A DNA stretch of 64,000 nucleotides from Dehalococcoidia bacterium (GCA_965197585.1 OZ240215.1:1024001-1088000); one strand, 5' to 3'; positions 38,445-48,416 are shown, counted from the stretch's first letter. A program made the numbers and translations. The notes: a model not told the origin generated them from the sequence alone.

Positions 38445-39617
38445 CTAAGCCCCCTTCACGTTGACGAACTGGCTGAAGCGATGGACAACCGACACCAGCT
38501 CGGCTGATTGCTCCATGACGAGGTCTATGTCCTTGTAGGCGCCGGGCAGCTCATCCAGGAATGCCTCCGACCTCTTCACTTCGATTCCCTCCATCAGCCG
38601 GTCAAAGTCATCCATGCTGAATAACTCTCGGGCCCGCCTCCGGCTGAACCGGCGTCCCGCTCCATGTGGAGAGGTCGACATCGCCGGAACACAACCCTTG
38701 CCCTTCACGACGTACGACGCCGTTCCCATTGACCCGGGTATCAGGCCCATCTGCCCCTCCTTCGCCATGATGGCGCCCTTCCGGCTGACCCACAGGTCTC
38801 GCCCAAAGTGCTGCTCCTTCTGGGTGAAGTTGTGATGGCACTGAATCGTATCGACGACCTGCATCTGCGGAACCCGGTGACCCAACAGCCCGATGAGCCG
38901 GTCCATCATTTCTTGCCGGTTGAGCAATGCAAAATGTTGTGCCCACATCAAGTCCTGATGGTACGCGTCGAACTGCGGCGTCCCCTCCGTCAGATAGGCC
39001 AGGTCGAGGTCTTCAAGCTGAATGTGGGATTCGGTCATCAGGTCGCGCGCCACTCGGATGTGGAACATCGCCAACTTGTTGCCGATGCCCCGAGACCCGC
39101 TATGAAGGAACAGCCACACGCTTTCGTGCTCGTCCGTCACCAGCTCGATGAAGTGGTTGCCTGAGCCGAGCGACCCTAGCTGGGGACGCCATCTGGGCGC
39201 TATCTTTGTGTACTCCGCCAGACGCTCACCGGCCAGACGTTCCAGCTCCAACACCTTCGAGACGGCCGTCCGCTTGATGGACCGATTGTACTTTCCGGCG
39301 CTTAACGGAATCTGATGTTCGATGGCCTCACGGATTTCGACCAGGTCGTCAGGCACGTCGCCGCGTACCAGCGACGTCTTGACGGCAATCATACCGCATC
39401 CGATGTCCACCCCTATCGCCGCCGGAATCAGCGCCCGTTCGGTCGGGATGCAGCTTCCAACCGCCGCACCCTTACCCAGATGGCAGTCGGGCATCACGGC
39501 AACATGCGGCTGAACGAACGGCAGCCTGCTGATGCGCTTAACCTGCTCGACGACATCGGGCTCCAGCTGGGCTTCCGGCACCCAGCTCAATACTTTGTCC
39601 GCTATCTTTTCCGGCAT
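38445..39617 (-). CDS. rtcB: RtcB RNA ligase
   Basis: MPDCH.G.G, GVDIGCG, LGSLGSGNHFIE, HSGSRG, HN, SRKGA, PGSMG, HGAGR and DE.P.AYK motifs. Confidence 0.95.
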   Translation of the reverse strand: MPEKIADKVLSWVPEAQLEPDVVEQVKRISRLPFVQPHVAVMPDCHLGKGAAVGSCIPTERALIPAAIGVDIGCGMIAVKTSLVRGDVPDDLVEIREAIEHQIPLSAGKYNRSIKRTAVSKVLELERLAGERLAEYTKIAPRWRPQLGSLGSGNHFIELVTDEHESVWLFLHSGSRGIGNKLAMFHIRVARDLMTESHIQLEDLDLAYLTEGTPQFDAYHQDLMWAQHFALLNRQEMMDRLIGLLGHRVPQMQVVDTIQCHHNFTQKEQHFGRDLWVSRKGAIMAKEGQMGLIPGSMGTASYVVKGKGCVPAMSTSPHGAGRRFSRRRARELFSMDDFDRLMEGIEVKRSEAFLDELPGAYKDIDLVMEQSAELVSVVHRFSQFVNVKGA

Positions 39618-39646
39618 ATCTTCCTCTTAATGGGTGGACCTAATCT

Positions 39647-40384
39647 CTAAGGCAAGGCCGCGGGCCCTGACAGCAACCTTCCGAAACCCTCGATTGGGTT
39701 GGTTAGTCCCAACTTGCCGAATATGGCCCAGATGTTGGCCTGGTTCGACGTGACTGCAGATTTGCCCGTCTTCCGCTCCAGCCGGTCGACCATCTCCAGG
39801 GCTCGCCACGCGGTGCAGGAGCAAAAGATGCCGTCGGCCTCGCGGCTGAGGGACTGGGCGGCGAACTCCAGGATGTCTTCGGGTTCCCGGTCGTTGATCA
39901 TCCGGTCGGGGCCTTCCCGTGTCCAGTTATCGGCTTCCAGGTTCAACACCTCGAACCCCGACTTCTCCATGTAGTCCCATAGCCTGTCGTTGTTCCATTT
40001 CGGGTACGGCGTGGCGATGGACAACTTACGAATGCCCAGCGAGCGAAGGGCCATTGCCACCGAGTGTGTGGTCACAGCCGCCGGCAGCCCCGACTCCCCC
40101 TCGATCATGCGAATCAACTCTTCATCCCAGCCCGGGCCTTTGTAGAAGCTGGACGTTGTGCCTCCGTAGGCAATGGCATCCATACCGGCGGTACAGAGAT
40201 ATCGGACGGCATTTAGGACTTCCGAGTTCATGCGGTCCATCTGGTCCTGCCCGAGATCATTTTCCGGAAGCCACATGCGGTGACTGTGGAGCGTGACGTT
40301 GGAAGGGGCAGCCATGTAGAAGTCCGGCTCATATGTCGCGTCGGATGACGGGACAATCAGGCCTATTCTTATTCGACGTGACAT
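39647..40384 (-). CDS. Asp/Glu racemase superfamily (maleate isomerase/arylmalonate decarboxylase-like)
   Basis: IGLIVPSSD, ATPY, FCSCT and VTSNQA motifs. Confidence 0.85.
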   Translation of the reverse strand: MSRRIRIGLIVPSSDATYEPDFYMAAPSNVTLHSHRMWLPENDLGQDQMDRMNSEVLNAVRYLCTAGMDAIAYGGTTSSFYKGPGWDEELIRMIEGESGLPAAVTTHSVAMALRSLGIRKLSIATPYPKWNNDRLWDYMEKSGFEVLNLEADNWTREGPDRMINDREPEDILEFAAQSLSREADGIFCSCTAWRALEMVDRLERKTGKSAVTSNQANIWAIFGKLGLTNPIEGFGRLLSGPAALP

Positions 40385-40632
40385 CGCACACTCCCTTCGA
40401 GCCTAGACAAGCGAATACCGGGAAACCCAGGTCTACGTGGCTGTCCACCAGAACGCCAGACTCAATTGTGTTCGGCAGCGAACACGTGAGTCGCCCCAAC
40501 CTTATAGGCGGCGGCTGGATAAGTCTATCGTAGAGATGCCTCTGCATCTATGCGGAACTGTGAGAGGGGAGAACCAGTGAATGTTAAGATAGGCTATGCT
40601 GCAAGCGTCGTAAGTCGTGTTGATGGGGAAAT

Positions 40633-40863
40633 GTGATGCAGAGGACTATAAGGGCGAAATACAAAAATGGACATATTGTCCCCGTAGAACCGTTGGACAT
40701 GGAGGAGGGTAGAGAACTCCTGGTGACTGTGGAAGAACCGACTCATGAGAATGCAGATGCAGAGGACGCGGCCTTGGCTCGGGCGATAACCGAGGGCCTT
40801 GAAAGCGCGCCTGTCGACAAGGCGGAGGTAATAGGAATCTTGCAAAGCCCGGGTGAGGCTTGA
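40633..40863 (+). CDS. DUF104/AF2212-like antitoxin
   Basis: TIRAKYKNGHIVPVEPLDMEEG motif; overlaps a RelE-like start. Confidence 0.7.
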   Translation: MMQRTIRAKYKNGHIVPVEPLDMEEGRELLVTVEEPTHENADAEDAALARAITEGLESAPVDKAEVIGILQSPGEA

Positions 40864-41010
40864 GTTCCGAAGCGGTTTCAGCCGGGACTTAAGGCGCATA
40901 CGCAACGCTGAGGTACTGGACAGAGTCCTGTCAGTAACCGAGGAAATGGAAGCGGTGTCGATGTCACCGAGATTCTGGGTGCCGGCAAGTTTGCTACTAG
41001 TGACCGCTAA
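40853..41010 (+). pseudogene. Truncated RelE/ParE-family toxin
   Basis: GTG start, MRLEFRSGFSRDLRRIRNAEVLDRV..., then frameshift and stop; the C-terminal half is absent. Confidence 0.65.
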
Positions 41011-41105
41011 TTAACCCCTAGCGTAAATCTAGGACATTTGATCTTTAAAAGGCGTGCCAAGATTAATTTCCCGCAAGCGGAGGATGGTCTGGCTTGGGTA
41101 GCCTT

Positions 41106-41837
41106 TCATCCTGAGGGAATGATGGGGGAGTAGCTACACCGGCACCAACCGCCATTTTCGTTGCGGTCGGCCCACGTCTGGCAGGTGTGCACAGGAATCG
41201 GCATGAGTTCCAAGGCTTGGTCGATTTTAAACACTCTTCCCTCTAGCTGCACGCATTCGGGGCAAGAGGCTTCTCCGCTTGTCATGATCGTAACTTCGGT
41301 TACCCCCATGCGCTGATAGCTTTCCATGAGCTGGTAATAGCGAAGTTCAGATTTCCGAGATTCGTACGCTAGCTGTTGATGATCACGGCCCTTTTTAAAC
41401 AGCATAAGGGCTTGTTTGAAGTGTGCCATTTTCACCTGGTGCCAATCCCCGGAACGGATGCCACCAAGTACTTGCGAGTTAAGGAAGGTCCATTCAGTGT
41501 CCCATTCCTTCCGCATGATACGGGTGTGGTCTTTGTTGGTCACCAGGTACTTTAGGCGAGCTTCCTTGTCGGTCCACGTGTAGATTGTCTCCTTGCAATC
41601 CTGACATTTCTTGCGTCTCGTGGGTGCTGGATCTTGGACTGTGCCGCAATAGGGGCAGGCAGCACTGTCAAGAACTATTGGTGGTAGTGGTTCGGGATTA
41701 GAAAAGTCAGGATACGTTAGAGAAACGGACAAATTGACTCCCGGACCCTTAACAGACACTTGGCCCGGTGCTTTTTCCTCGATTACTATTTCTGTGGTGG
41801 GTTTACCACTCAATTTTTGACGTAACTTTCTAAACAT
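41106..41837 (-). CDS. Hypothetical Zn-binding protein with MuF-like C-terminal Cys motif
   Basis: CPYC, CQDC, SCPEC..LEG.VF...P..C...CRC motifs; AT-richer than neighbours. Confidence 0.6.
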   Translation of the reverse strand: MFRKLRQKLSGKPTTEIVIEEKAPGQVSVKGPGVNLSVSLTYPDFSNPEPLPPIVLDSAACPYCGTVQDPAPTRRKKCQDCKETIYTWTDKEARLKYLVTNKDHTRIMRKEWDTEWTFLNSQVLGGIRSGDWHQVKMAHFKQALMLFKKGRDHQQLAYESRKSELRYYQLMESYQRMGVTEVTIMTSGEASCPECVQLEGRVFKIDQALELMPIPVHTCQTWADRNENGGWCRCSYSPIIPSG

Positions 41838-41999
41838 TTCAGCCTCAACGCGGTTATGAAGTATCAGTGGACGCCTTACACTTCTTTGATGCTTAGAGTA
41901 CCCCTACACAAAAAGAGGGCTACTATAAATGAGCCCGAATACGCTTAGGACACTGTAATATTGACGTCCCCTTTCATTGCACTTGGGATTGATAGTTGC

Positions 42000-43031
42000 T
42001 TACACCCCCGACGGCAGCCTATACACCTTCGCTGCTGTGTCGTGGAACATGGCCTGCCTCTCCGTTGGAGAGTATTCCTTCGATAGCCGTTTGAAAGTGT
42101 TGAAGACAACATTGTAAGAAAATGACCATTTGTCCACGGGGAAGTTGCTTTCGAACATGCAGCGCTCGGGTCCAAACTTCTCGATGCAGTAATGCATGAA
42201 CGGGGCCATCTCCTTGGCTGCCTCCTCGGACCCGACCGGTTTGTCGCGGGTGTGCCAGTCAAAACCGTTGTTGATCATCCCCATCCCCCCAAGCTTCATG
42301 TAGACGTTCGGACACTCGGCCACGGTGGCGATGTCACGCTTCCACGCCGACACTACCTCTTCGGACCGGGCAGCATATGGCCCGATTCGCATGAGGCCTC
42401 CTATATGGTCCGAAATTATCGTTAGATCGGGTACGGCCCGCGCCAGTGAGGCGAGTTCCGGCAGCTGGGCTGAATACATCCAGGACTCCATGGTTAGCCC
42501 GCGGCTGGCCAGCACCCGGGCCCCGGCCCTATAGCTGTCGCTCATCATCTGATGGGGAATCTTATAGAGCGCAGAGTTGGGTACGCTGGGATCGTCGTCC
42601 CACGTCACTGAGTGCCGGATTCCACGAAATCGATTTGGACTGGCCGCTTCCAGCCGGTCCAGCACCCTGCCTACGTCATCTCCCAGGTTCAGGTTGGCGT
42701 GCCCGACAATGCCATCCGCCATTCGGCAGAGTCCATATAGCCCACTGGCGCTGGCCGCGGCGAGACCCTGGGCAAACTCAATTTCTCCAACGGGCCGCAT
42801 CTCTTCGGGTACGTTGGCCCGGTACATGGCCCGGGCCTCGACGAAGACTGTTGCCACTATGTTGTGCCCGGAGCTTATATCGTCCAACAGCTCGGGAAGG
42901 AGATAGCGCTGGTAAGGCATCCTTTCCATCTTGTAGTCCCAGAAGTGATGGTGGGGGTCGATGATGGGGAGGTCGGGTTCCAGGGTGGGTTCCGGGGTAA
43001 GGGCGAGCCAGTCGTTGCTTCCAAAGGGCAT
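42000..43031 (-). CDS. Amidohydrolase (lactonase/LigI-like Amidohydro_2)
   Basis: IDPHHHFW, DHIG and MFESNFPVD motifs. Confidence 0.9.
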   Translation of the reverse strand: MPFGSNDWLALTPEPTLEPDLPIIDPHHHFWDYKMERMPYQRYLLPELLDDISSGHNIVATVFVEARAMYRANVPEEMRPVGEIEFAQGLAAASASGLYGLCRMADGIVGHANLNLGDDVGRVLDRLEAASPNRFRGIRHSVTWDDDPSVPNSALYKIPHQMMSDSYRAGARVLASRGLTMESWMYSAQLPELASLARAVPDLTIISDHIGGLMRIGPYAARSEEVVSAWKRDIATVAECPNVYMKLGGMGMINNGFDWHTRDKPVGSEEAAKEMAPFMHYCIEKFGPERCMFESNFPVDKWSFSYNVVFNTFKRLSKEYSPTERQAMFHDTAAKVYRLPSGV

Positions 43032-43094
43032 GGGTTATCCTCCGAGGTGGGGTGCGGTCGGGACTCATGATACCAGACCCGCCGAAGGTCTCGA

Positions 43095-44342
43095 TCAGGT
43101 GTCTCGAGTCTCTCTGACCATGAGAACGATGGGTACCAGGAGAGCGGCGACGGCTGCCGTCATCAGGAAGCCCGGCCCGAGGGATGCGTAGGAATCTCGC
43201 AGCTCACCCATGATGTAGGGTCCGAAGAATCCGCCCACCTCCGCCGCGGCGAAGAACATTCCCGCCGCCACCCCCATCTTCGCCGCCCCGACACCCCGCG
43301 TCTCCATCAGCAGCAGTGAACACATTGGCAGCATCGGCTGTGCCGCAAAGGTAAGCGCCATCAACGCGGCCACCGCACCTGTGCCGGGAAGGTATACCAT
43401 TGCCGTGGCTGCGACCGCGCAGACCACGAGCTGCAGGCTCGTCACCGGGACCCGGTAACCTCGCTTTACGAAACCCGGTATGGCCAGCAGGCCAATGAGC
43501 CCCACACCGGTCGCGAGCGCCGCCCACAACCCTCCCGCATCCAGCGACATGCCTTTCTCCTCCAGGAGGGCGGGCGCCCAGCTGGAGTTGCCCACGTGAA
43601 CCACGAAAGTTCCCGCCGCCAGAATCAAGATGATCTTCACGTTCCGAAGCCGGAGCATGGACGTGAACTCGCTGATGGCGAGGGACCGGGTGGCGAGGGG
43701 AGCGCTGGCAGGCCGGGTCTCCGGTTCGCGTGCGAAAAGGACCCAGGCCACGGCGATGAGAGCCACGAGGATGCCGTAGACAAGGGAGATGCCTCGCCAC
43801 GACCCGGTTAGAGGTTCGACCACAGTGTTTGCGGTGGCGAAGGCCAGGGCTATCCCCGATGCAGGACCCGTCGAGTAGATCCCCGTTGCTATACCCCGCT
43901 CTCGGCCCTCGAACCAGACCGACACCAGCTTGGGAGAGCCCACGGAGATCAGCGGTCCACCAAAACCGAACAGGCCCACGGTCAAGAACAGCTGTAGGAA
44001 GTTCTGGGAGAGGCCACGGGTAACCAGGGAAGCCAAGATTATCAGAACACCCAGGCCCAGCGACTTTCGCAACCCCAGGCGGTCCACCAAGAGGCCCACG
44101 ACTGGCGCGAAAAAGATGTAGACCACGTGCCAGCTCCCGTGCACCAGGCCCATCTGCGCCGAGGTCATGTTCAGATCTTCCTGGATAGGCGTGACCAGGG
44201 GTGAGATGGTGCCAAAAGTCAGGCCGAAGGAGAAGTAGAGGGACCAGCACAGGCCGACCATGAGCCATCGGGCTCTGGGTTTTGACTTAGGGATGGGATA
44301 GAGCGGAGCTGTCGCGACGGGGGTGGGGGGCGATGGAGGCAT
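43095..44342 (-). CDS. MFS transporter (CynX-like)
   Basis: About 12 hydrophobic segments; GLLVDRLGLR motif A; WF...ERG.ATG. Confidence 0.9.
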   Translation of the reverse strand: MPPSPPTPVATAPLYPIPKSKPRARWLMVGLCWSLYFSFGLTFGTISPLVTPIQEDLNMTSAQMGLVHGSWHVVYIFFAPVVGLLVDRLGLRKSLGLGVLIILASLVTRGLSQNFLQLFLTVGLFGFGGPLISVGSPKLVSVWFEGRERGIATGIYSTGPASGIALAFATANTVVEPLTGSWRGISLVYGILVALIAVAWVLFAREPETRPASAPLATRSLAISEFTSMLRLRNVKIILILAAGTFVVHVGNSSWAPALLEEKGMSLDAGGLWAALATGVGLIGLLAIPGFVKRGYRVPVTSLQLVVCAVAATAMVYLPGTGAVAALMALTFAAQPMLPMCSLLLMETRGVGAAKMGVAAGMFFAAAEVGGFFGPYIMGELRDSYASLGPGFLMTAAVAALLVPIVLMVRETRDT

Positions 44343-44500
44343 GGGAACATGATAGTAACAGGGGAGACATTGCTAGTCTATGAATGGGAGCGTGGTAGAG
44401 GGTTGGGTGGAGCCATATCTGATATGATGCGCGCTGCCCACTGGAGAACGTGAGAAATGACGCGAACAAACACGCTAGTCATGCCTGAGGAGGTTACATA

Positions 44501-45181
44501 ATGCTTACGTACAAGGGTCGGGAGATACCCGAGACCTTCGCCGAGATAGTCGACCCGAAGCACACCGTTTTGATAGTCCACGAGATGCTAAACGACTTCC
44601 TTAACCCGAACGGCGAGTTCGCCAAGACCATCCCCGACAACGGGCTGGTGAAGTGCCTTCCCGAACAGATTGGCCCGACAGTTAACCTGCTCAACGAGGC
44701 CCGGGCCGCCGGTGTGAAGGTTATATACGTCGGCTGGACGAACTACCCCGACAACAGCACCCGTGCGGACCCCGAGATCCGGCTCGCCTACGATCAGATC
44801 ATGGACGGGACCTACGTCATGCAGCGGTGCCTGATGGAAAACACCTGGGGCCACGACGTGATAGACGAACTCAAGCCCGCGCCCGGAGACCTTGTCATCA
44901 ACAAATACAAGAGAGACGCATTTGCAGGCACCAGCCTCGAAGCGATATTGCAGTGGAACCGGATCAAGACCTTCATAATCGTGGGGATAGGCGTGCACGT
45001 CGGAATCATCCCGACGGTTAGCAATGGGATGAACAAGGGCTACTTCACGGTTGCACCTGAGGACTGCATGATCTCCCACGAGCCGGAGTGGATTGAAGCC
45101 TCGATGAAGTTCTTCAACATGTGGGGCTTCACAAACCCTTCTACGGACCTGATCGCTGCTTGGAAGGGTGAGGGGAGCTAG
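44501..45181 (+). CDS. Isochorismatase/cysteine hydrolase family protein (divergent)
   Basis: HEMLNDF, TWG...IDELKP..GD.VI.K...DAF.GT.L motifs. Confidence 0.82.
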   Translation: MLTYKGREIPETFAEIVDPKHTVLIVHEMLNDFLNPNGEFAKTIPDNGLVKCLPEQIGPTVNLLNEARAAGVKVIYVGWTNYPDNSTRADPEIRLAYDQIMDGTYVMQRCLMENTWGHDVIDELKPAPGDLVINKYKRDAFAGTSLEAILQWNRIKTFIIVGIGVHVGIIPTVSNGMNKGYFTVAPEDCMISHEPEWIEASMKFFNMWGFTNPSTDLIAAWKGEGS

Positions 45182-46785
45182 GCGGAACGCGAGGCCTCTC
45201 CCTGGAGCATAGTCTCCAGGACGTCGTTGGGGCCTACGGAGCCGAGGAGAGCCCCGGACTCGCGGTCTACCACCGGGAATACCGAGATGGCGTGCTCTGC
45301 CATCTGCTCCAGGAAGTCGTCGAGGGGTTCGTCGGGGTAGGTGAGGACAGGACTGCGGTTCAGCAGGCTGCCGATACGGATGTTCGGCCAGGTATCTTGC
45401 GGCAACCGGCGCACCCTGCGAAGCGAGAGGGTCCCGGCCAACTTCCCCTGACCCTCGGTGATTACGTAGTCCTGGCGTTCATGTCCTGCCCACAGCTCCA
45501 TGAACTGCTGCACCGTCAGGTTGGCATTGGCGAAGCGCCGCCCCTTTTCCAGGATGTTGTTGACGGTGAGTCCCTGGAGAGAGAATCGGGCGAAGGAAGG
45601 CACGATTGAGGTCGGGAGGGTTGCCCGTTGGGTTTCGTCTGTTCTCCTAATGGTAAGTCCCATGAGTGGAGGCACTACAAATATGAAGGCGATCATGAGG
45701 AGCGTTAGCAGGGAGAACATCTCCCGCGAAATCACTTCGTGTTCCAGGAGAATGTGAAGGAAAGCTATTTCGATCACTCCTTTCCCCATGATGCCGGAAG
45801 CCACCGCGAGTCGACGCGACAATCGGGCCACCGTGACTCCCATCAAAGACCCTGCGGCTTTGGCAAATATCACCACTGGGATGACGGTTGCAAGGGTCGA
45901 GGCGGGCAAATTGGTGAAGGAAAGGTCCACGTGAGTCCCGGCCGAAGCGAAGAACAAGGGAATGAATACGCCTTGGGACAGGCCGCGAATCGAGGGTAGG
46001 ATTTCGTTACGGAGTCGGCGGGGAAGGCCCGAGTTGACCATGCCGAATACCAGGGCGGCCAAGGCCTCGTCCATCCCGATCTCGTGGGCGCCCCAGACCA
46101 CTATGAACAGGCTGCCTACCATAAGTGCAGAGGCAAGCTGGGGCGCTCCGATAATCCTTCTCAAGGAGACAAGGACCCGCGGTACAACCTTCGCTGATAG
46201 CACCCATGACGCAACTACAAACAGAATGATCTCTCCGAGCAGGACCGCTATTTTCCAGCCCCCCAGCCCGCCGGGATGCGACGATTCCTCTAGCGCGAAA
46301 CCCGCAACCAATAGGCCGACAATCTCGACAATTACCACGGTGGTGAAGATTTCCAGGCCAACTGAGTCTTTCAACTTGCCGAGGTCTCCCAGCACGCGGG
46401 CCGCAATGCCCAGGCTCGAGAGTCCCATCAGGGAGGCCAGGGTGACGGCGTTGGGTGCGGAGAGGTCTATCAGGTAGAGGAAGACCAGCAGGTTGGCGGT
46501 AAATGGGACGGCGAAGCTGATGAGAGCAGCGACGAAGAAGCGGCCACGCAGGGTCCCGACGAAACCGGATATGTCAATCTCATCGATTCCGATGAGGAAG
46601 AAAAGAAAGAGGACCCCAACCTCGAAGAAGAGCTTGGCTTCCTCGCCGGGCTCAAACCAGATGCCCAATATGATGCCCACGACGAGGTAGGCCAAGAGGG
46701 AGCTCTGTTTGAAGCGGACAGCCGCGCCCTCCAGCAGTTTGGCGCATACCAGGACGAGGCCAATGATCAGGAAATCGCTGGTCAT
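45178..46785 (-). CDS. Cation:proton antiporter with C-terminal CBS pair
   Basis: Multi-TM region, FIPLFF and GKG.I motifs; CBS-like YPDEPL...FPVVD. Confidence 0.85.
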   Translation of the reverse strand: MTSDFLIIGLVLVCAKLLEGAAVRFKQSSLLAYLVVGIILGIWFEPGEEAKLFFEVGVLFLFFLIGIDEIDISGFVGTLRGRFFVAALISFAVPFTANLLVFLYLIDLSAPNAVTLASLMGLSSLGIAARVLGDLGKLKDSVGLEIFTTVVIVEIVGLLVAGFALEESSHPGGLGGWKIAVLLGEIILFVVASWVLSAKVVPRVLVSLRRIIGAPQLASALMVGSLFIVVWGAHEIGMDEALAALVFGMVNSGLPRRLRNEILPSIRGLSQGVFIPLFFASAGTHVDLSFTNLPASTLATVIPVVIFAKAAGSLMGVTVARLSRRLAVASGIMGKGVIEIAFLHILLEHEVISREMFSLLTLLMIAFIFVVPPLMGLTIRRTDETQRATLPTSIVPSFARFSLQGLTVNNILEKGRRFANANLTVQQFMELWAGHERQDYVITEGQGKLAGTLSLRRVRRLPQDTWPNIRIGSLLNRSPVLTYPDEPLDDFLEQMAEHAISVFPVVDRESGALLGSVGPNDVLETMLQGEASRSA

Positions 46786-47696
46786 GCTGCGAGGCAGGGC
46801 AATGCAGCAGCCAGGGCATTAATGTGGTCGGGCGTGGTGCCGCAGCACCCACCTATGGCCCGCGCTCCGAGCCCACTCCACTCCTTGGCGTAATCCAGAT
46901 ATTCCTCGGGGGACATCGACTCTTCAAAGTCCCATCCCACGCCTTGATACACGGCGCCCTGTGCGTAGGCGCCTATTGGCATATTGTGGTGTCCGGCCAG
47001 CTGATTGAGGGCAGCCGTGACGTACGGGGCCTGGCAGCAGTTGAGGAATAGCACCGACGCGCCCGCATCTCTAACCGCGGCCTGAGCGTCCAGGATGCTT
47101 TCCCCTGACTTGACCCGGCCCTCCTCGTCGACCACGAATCCGGCCCAGGCAGGCATCCCGGCCTCAACGGCGGCCTTAACCCCCGCGACAGCCTCGTGGA
47201 TTTTGGTGCATGTCTCGACGAGGATTACGTCGACACCCGCTTGAGCCAGGACACGGACCTGCTCCCGATAGGCGGACAAGCATTCATCGTAAGACAGTAC
47301 GGCGTCGGGATTGTAGGACTGGCTGAGGGGGCCCAGGGAGCCGGCGACGATTACTTCACGGTCGGGGGCTGCGGCCCGGGCCTCTAGGGCGGCCTTTGCG
47401 GCCAGCTCGTTGATCCGTACCATCTCCGCCTCTGCCTTCGCCTTGGATATCCAGCCGATGTGGGTCAACTTGCCGGTGTTGCAGTTATAAGTGTTGGTAA
47501 TTGTTACTTCAGCCCCGGCACGGATAAAGTCTTCGTGGATCTCCCGAATGCCTTCCGGGGACTCCAGCATCGCCGCTACCGAGAGCTCCGACGACCCTGC
47601 AGCGATGCCATGCCTTTTGATTTCGGTGCCCATGCCGCCGTCGAGGATGACGGCGTCGCCCCGGGCCAGTTTGGCGGTCAACGTAGCGAGGCTCAT
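46782..47696 (-). CDS. Homocysteine S-methyltransferase family protein
   Basis: ILDGGMGTE, AGSLGP, LNCC and IGGCCGTTP motifs. Confidence 0.92.
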   Translation of the reverse strand: MSLATLTAKLARGDAVILDGGMGTEIKRHGIAAGSSELSVAAMLESPEGIREIHEDFIRAGAEVTITNTYNCNTGKLTHIGWISKAKAEAEMVRINELAAKAALEARAAAPDREVIVAGSLGPLSQSYNPDAVLSYDECLSAYREQVRVLAQAGVDVILVETCTKIHEAVAGVKAAVEAGMPAWAGFVVDEEGRVKSGESILDAQAAVRDAGASVLFLNCCQAPYVTAALNQLAGHHNMPIGAYAQGAVYQGVGWDFEESMSPEEYLDYAKEWSGLGARAIGGCCGTTPDHINALAAALPCLAA

Positions 47697-47714
47697 TGCG
47701 GCACCCCCTATGTG

Positions 47715-48416
47715 CTAGTCTCTCATCCCTTCCAGTACGGTCGCGATACCCTTCTGCAGGTCCTCGAACACCTCGCGGACGCTGCGCCGTGCGTCGATGG
47801 TCTCAAAATCGTACTGTTTGGAGAGGCTGCGAAATTCCTCGATGAGCGACCCCTGGTAGCGGACGAAGCTGGCGTAACGATCGGGCTCCCGAAGGAAGTC
47901 GTGCCCCGACTCCCAGTGATCGAGCTCTCGATTAGCCATGACGCGGGGAATCAGGTGCACCAAGTCCACGTCCAGGAAATAGATTTTATCCGGTACCATT
48001 GCGAACTCCAGCACGTCGTCGAGCCATCTGGCGGGGACGCCTCGAACCCTGGCACGCGCCATTATGGAGAAGATGTAACGGTCGCCCAGGATGACCATTC
48101 CGGCCTCCAGCGCTGGCATAATGCTCCTCTCCATTCGGTCCCAGAAATCGGTGGCGTAAAAGAGGTTAAGGGTAAGGTAGTCAAGGATATGTCCCCGCTT
48201 GGCGCGGTCTATCCCGCTGCCCGTCAGCGAGGAACGCCTGAATCCCGTGTCGGAAACGGCAAAACCTTCTGTCTCCAGCCATTCCTTGAGCAGCGCTATC
48301 TGGGTGGACCGCCCGACACCGTCGGTCCCTTCGATCACGATGAGGCGGCCCGGCAGCGGTTTCTCCGCCAGCTTGAGGGGGGTGTGACCGTAGAATGTTG
48401 GAATCTTCATCAGCAT
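47715..48416 (-). CDS. Thymidylate kinase-like protein B (P-loop GVGRST)
   Basis: LIVIEGTDGVGRSTQI and LGDRY motifs; lacks the Tmk REP motif. Confidence 0.8.
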   Translation of the reverse strand: MLMKIPTFYGHTPLKLAEKPLPGRLIVIEGTDGVGRSTQIALLKEWLETEGFAVSDTGFRRSSLTGSGIDRAKRGHILDYLTLNLFYATDFWDRMERSIMPALEAGMVILGDRYIFSIMARARVRGVPARWLDDVLEFAMVPDKIYFLDVDLVHLIPRVMANRELDHWESGHDFLREPDRYASFVRYQGSLIEEFRSLSKQYDFETIDARRSVREVFEDLQKGIATVLEGMRD

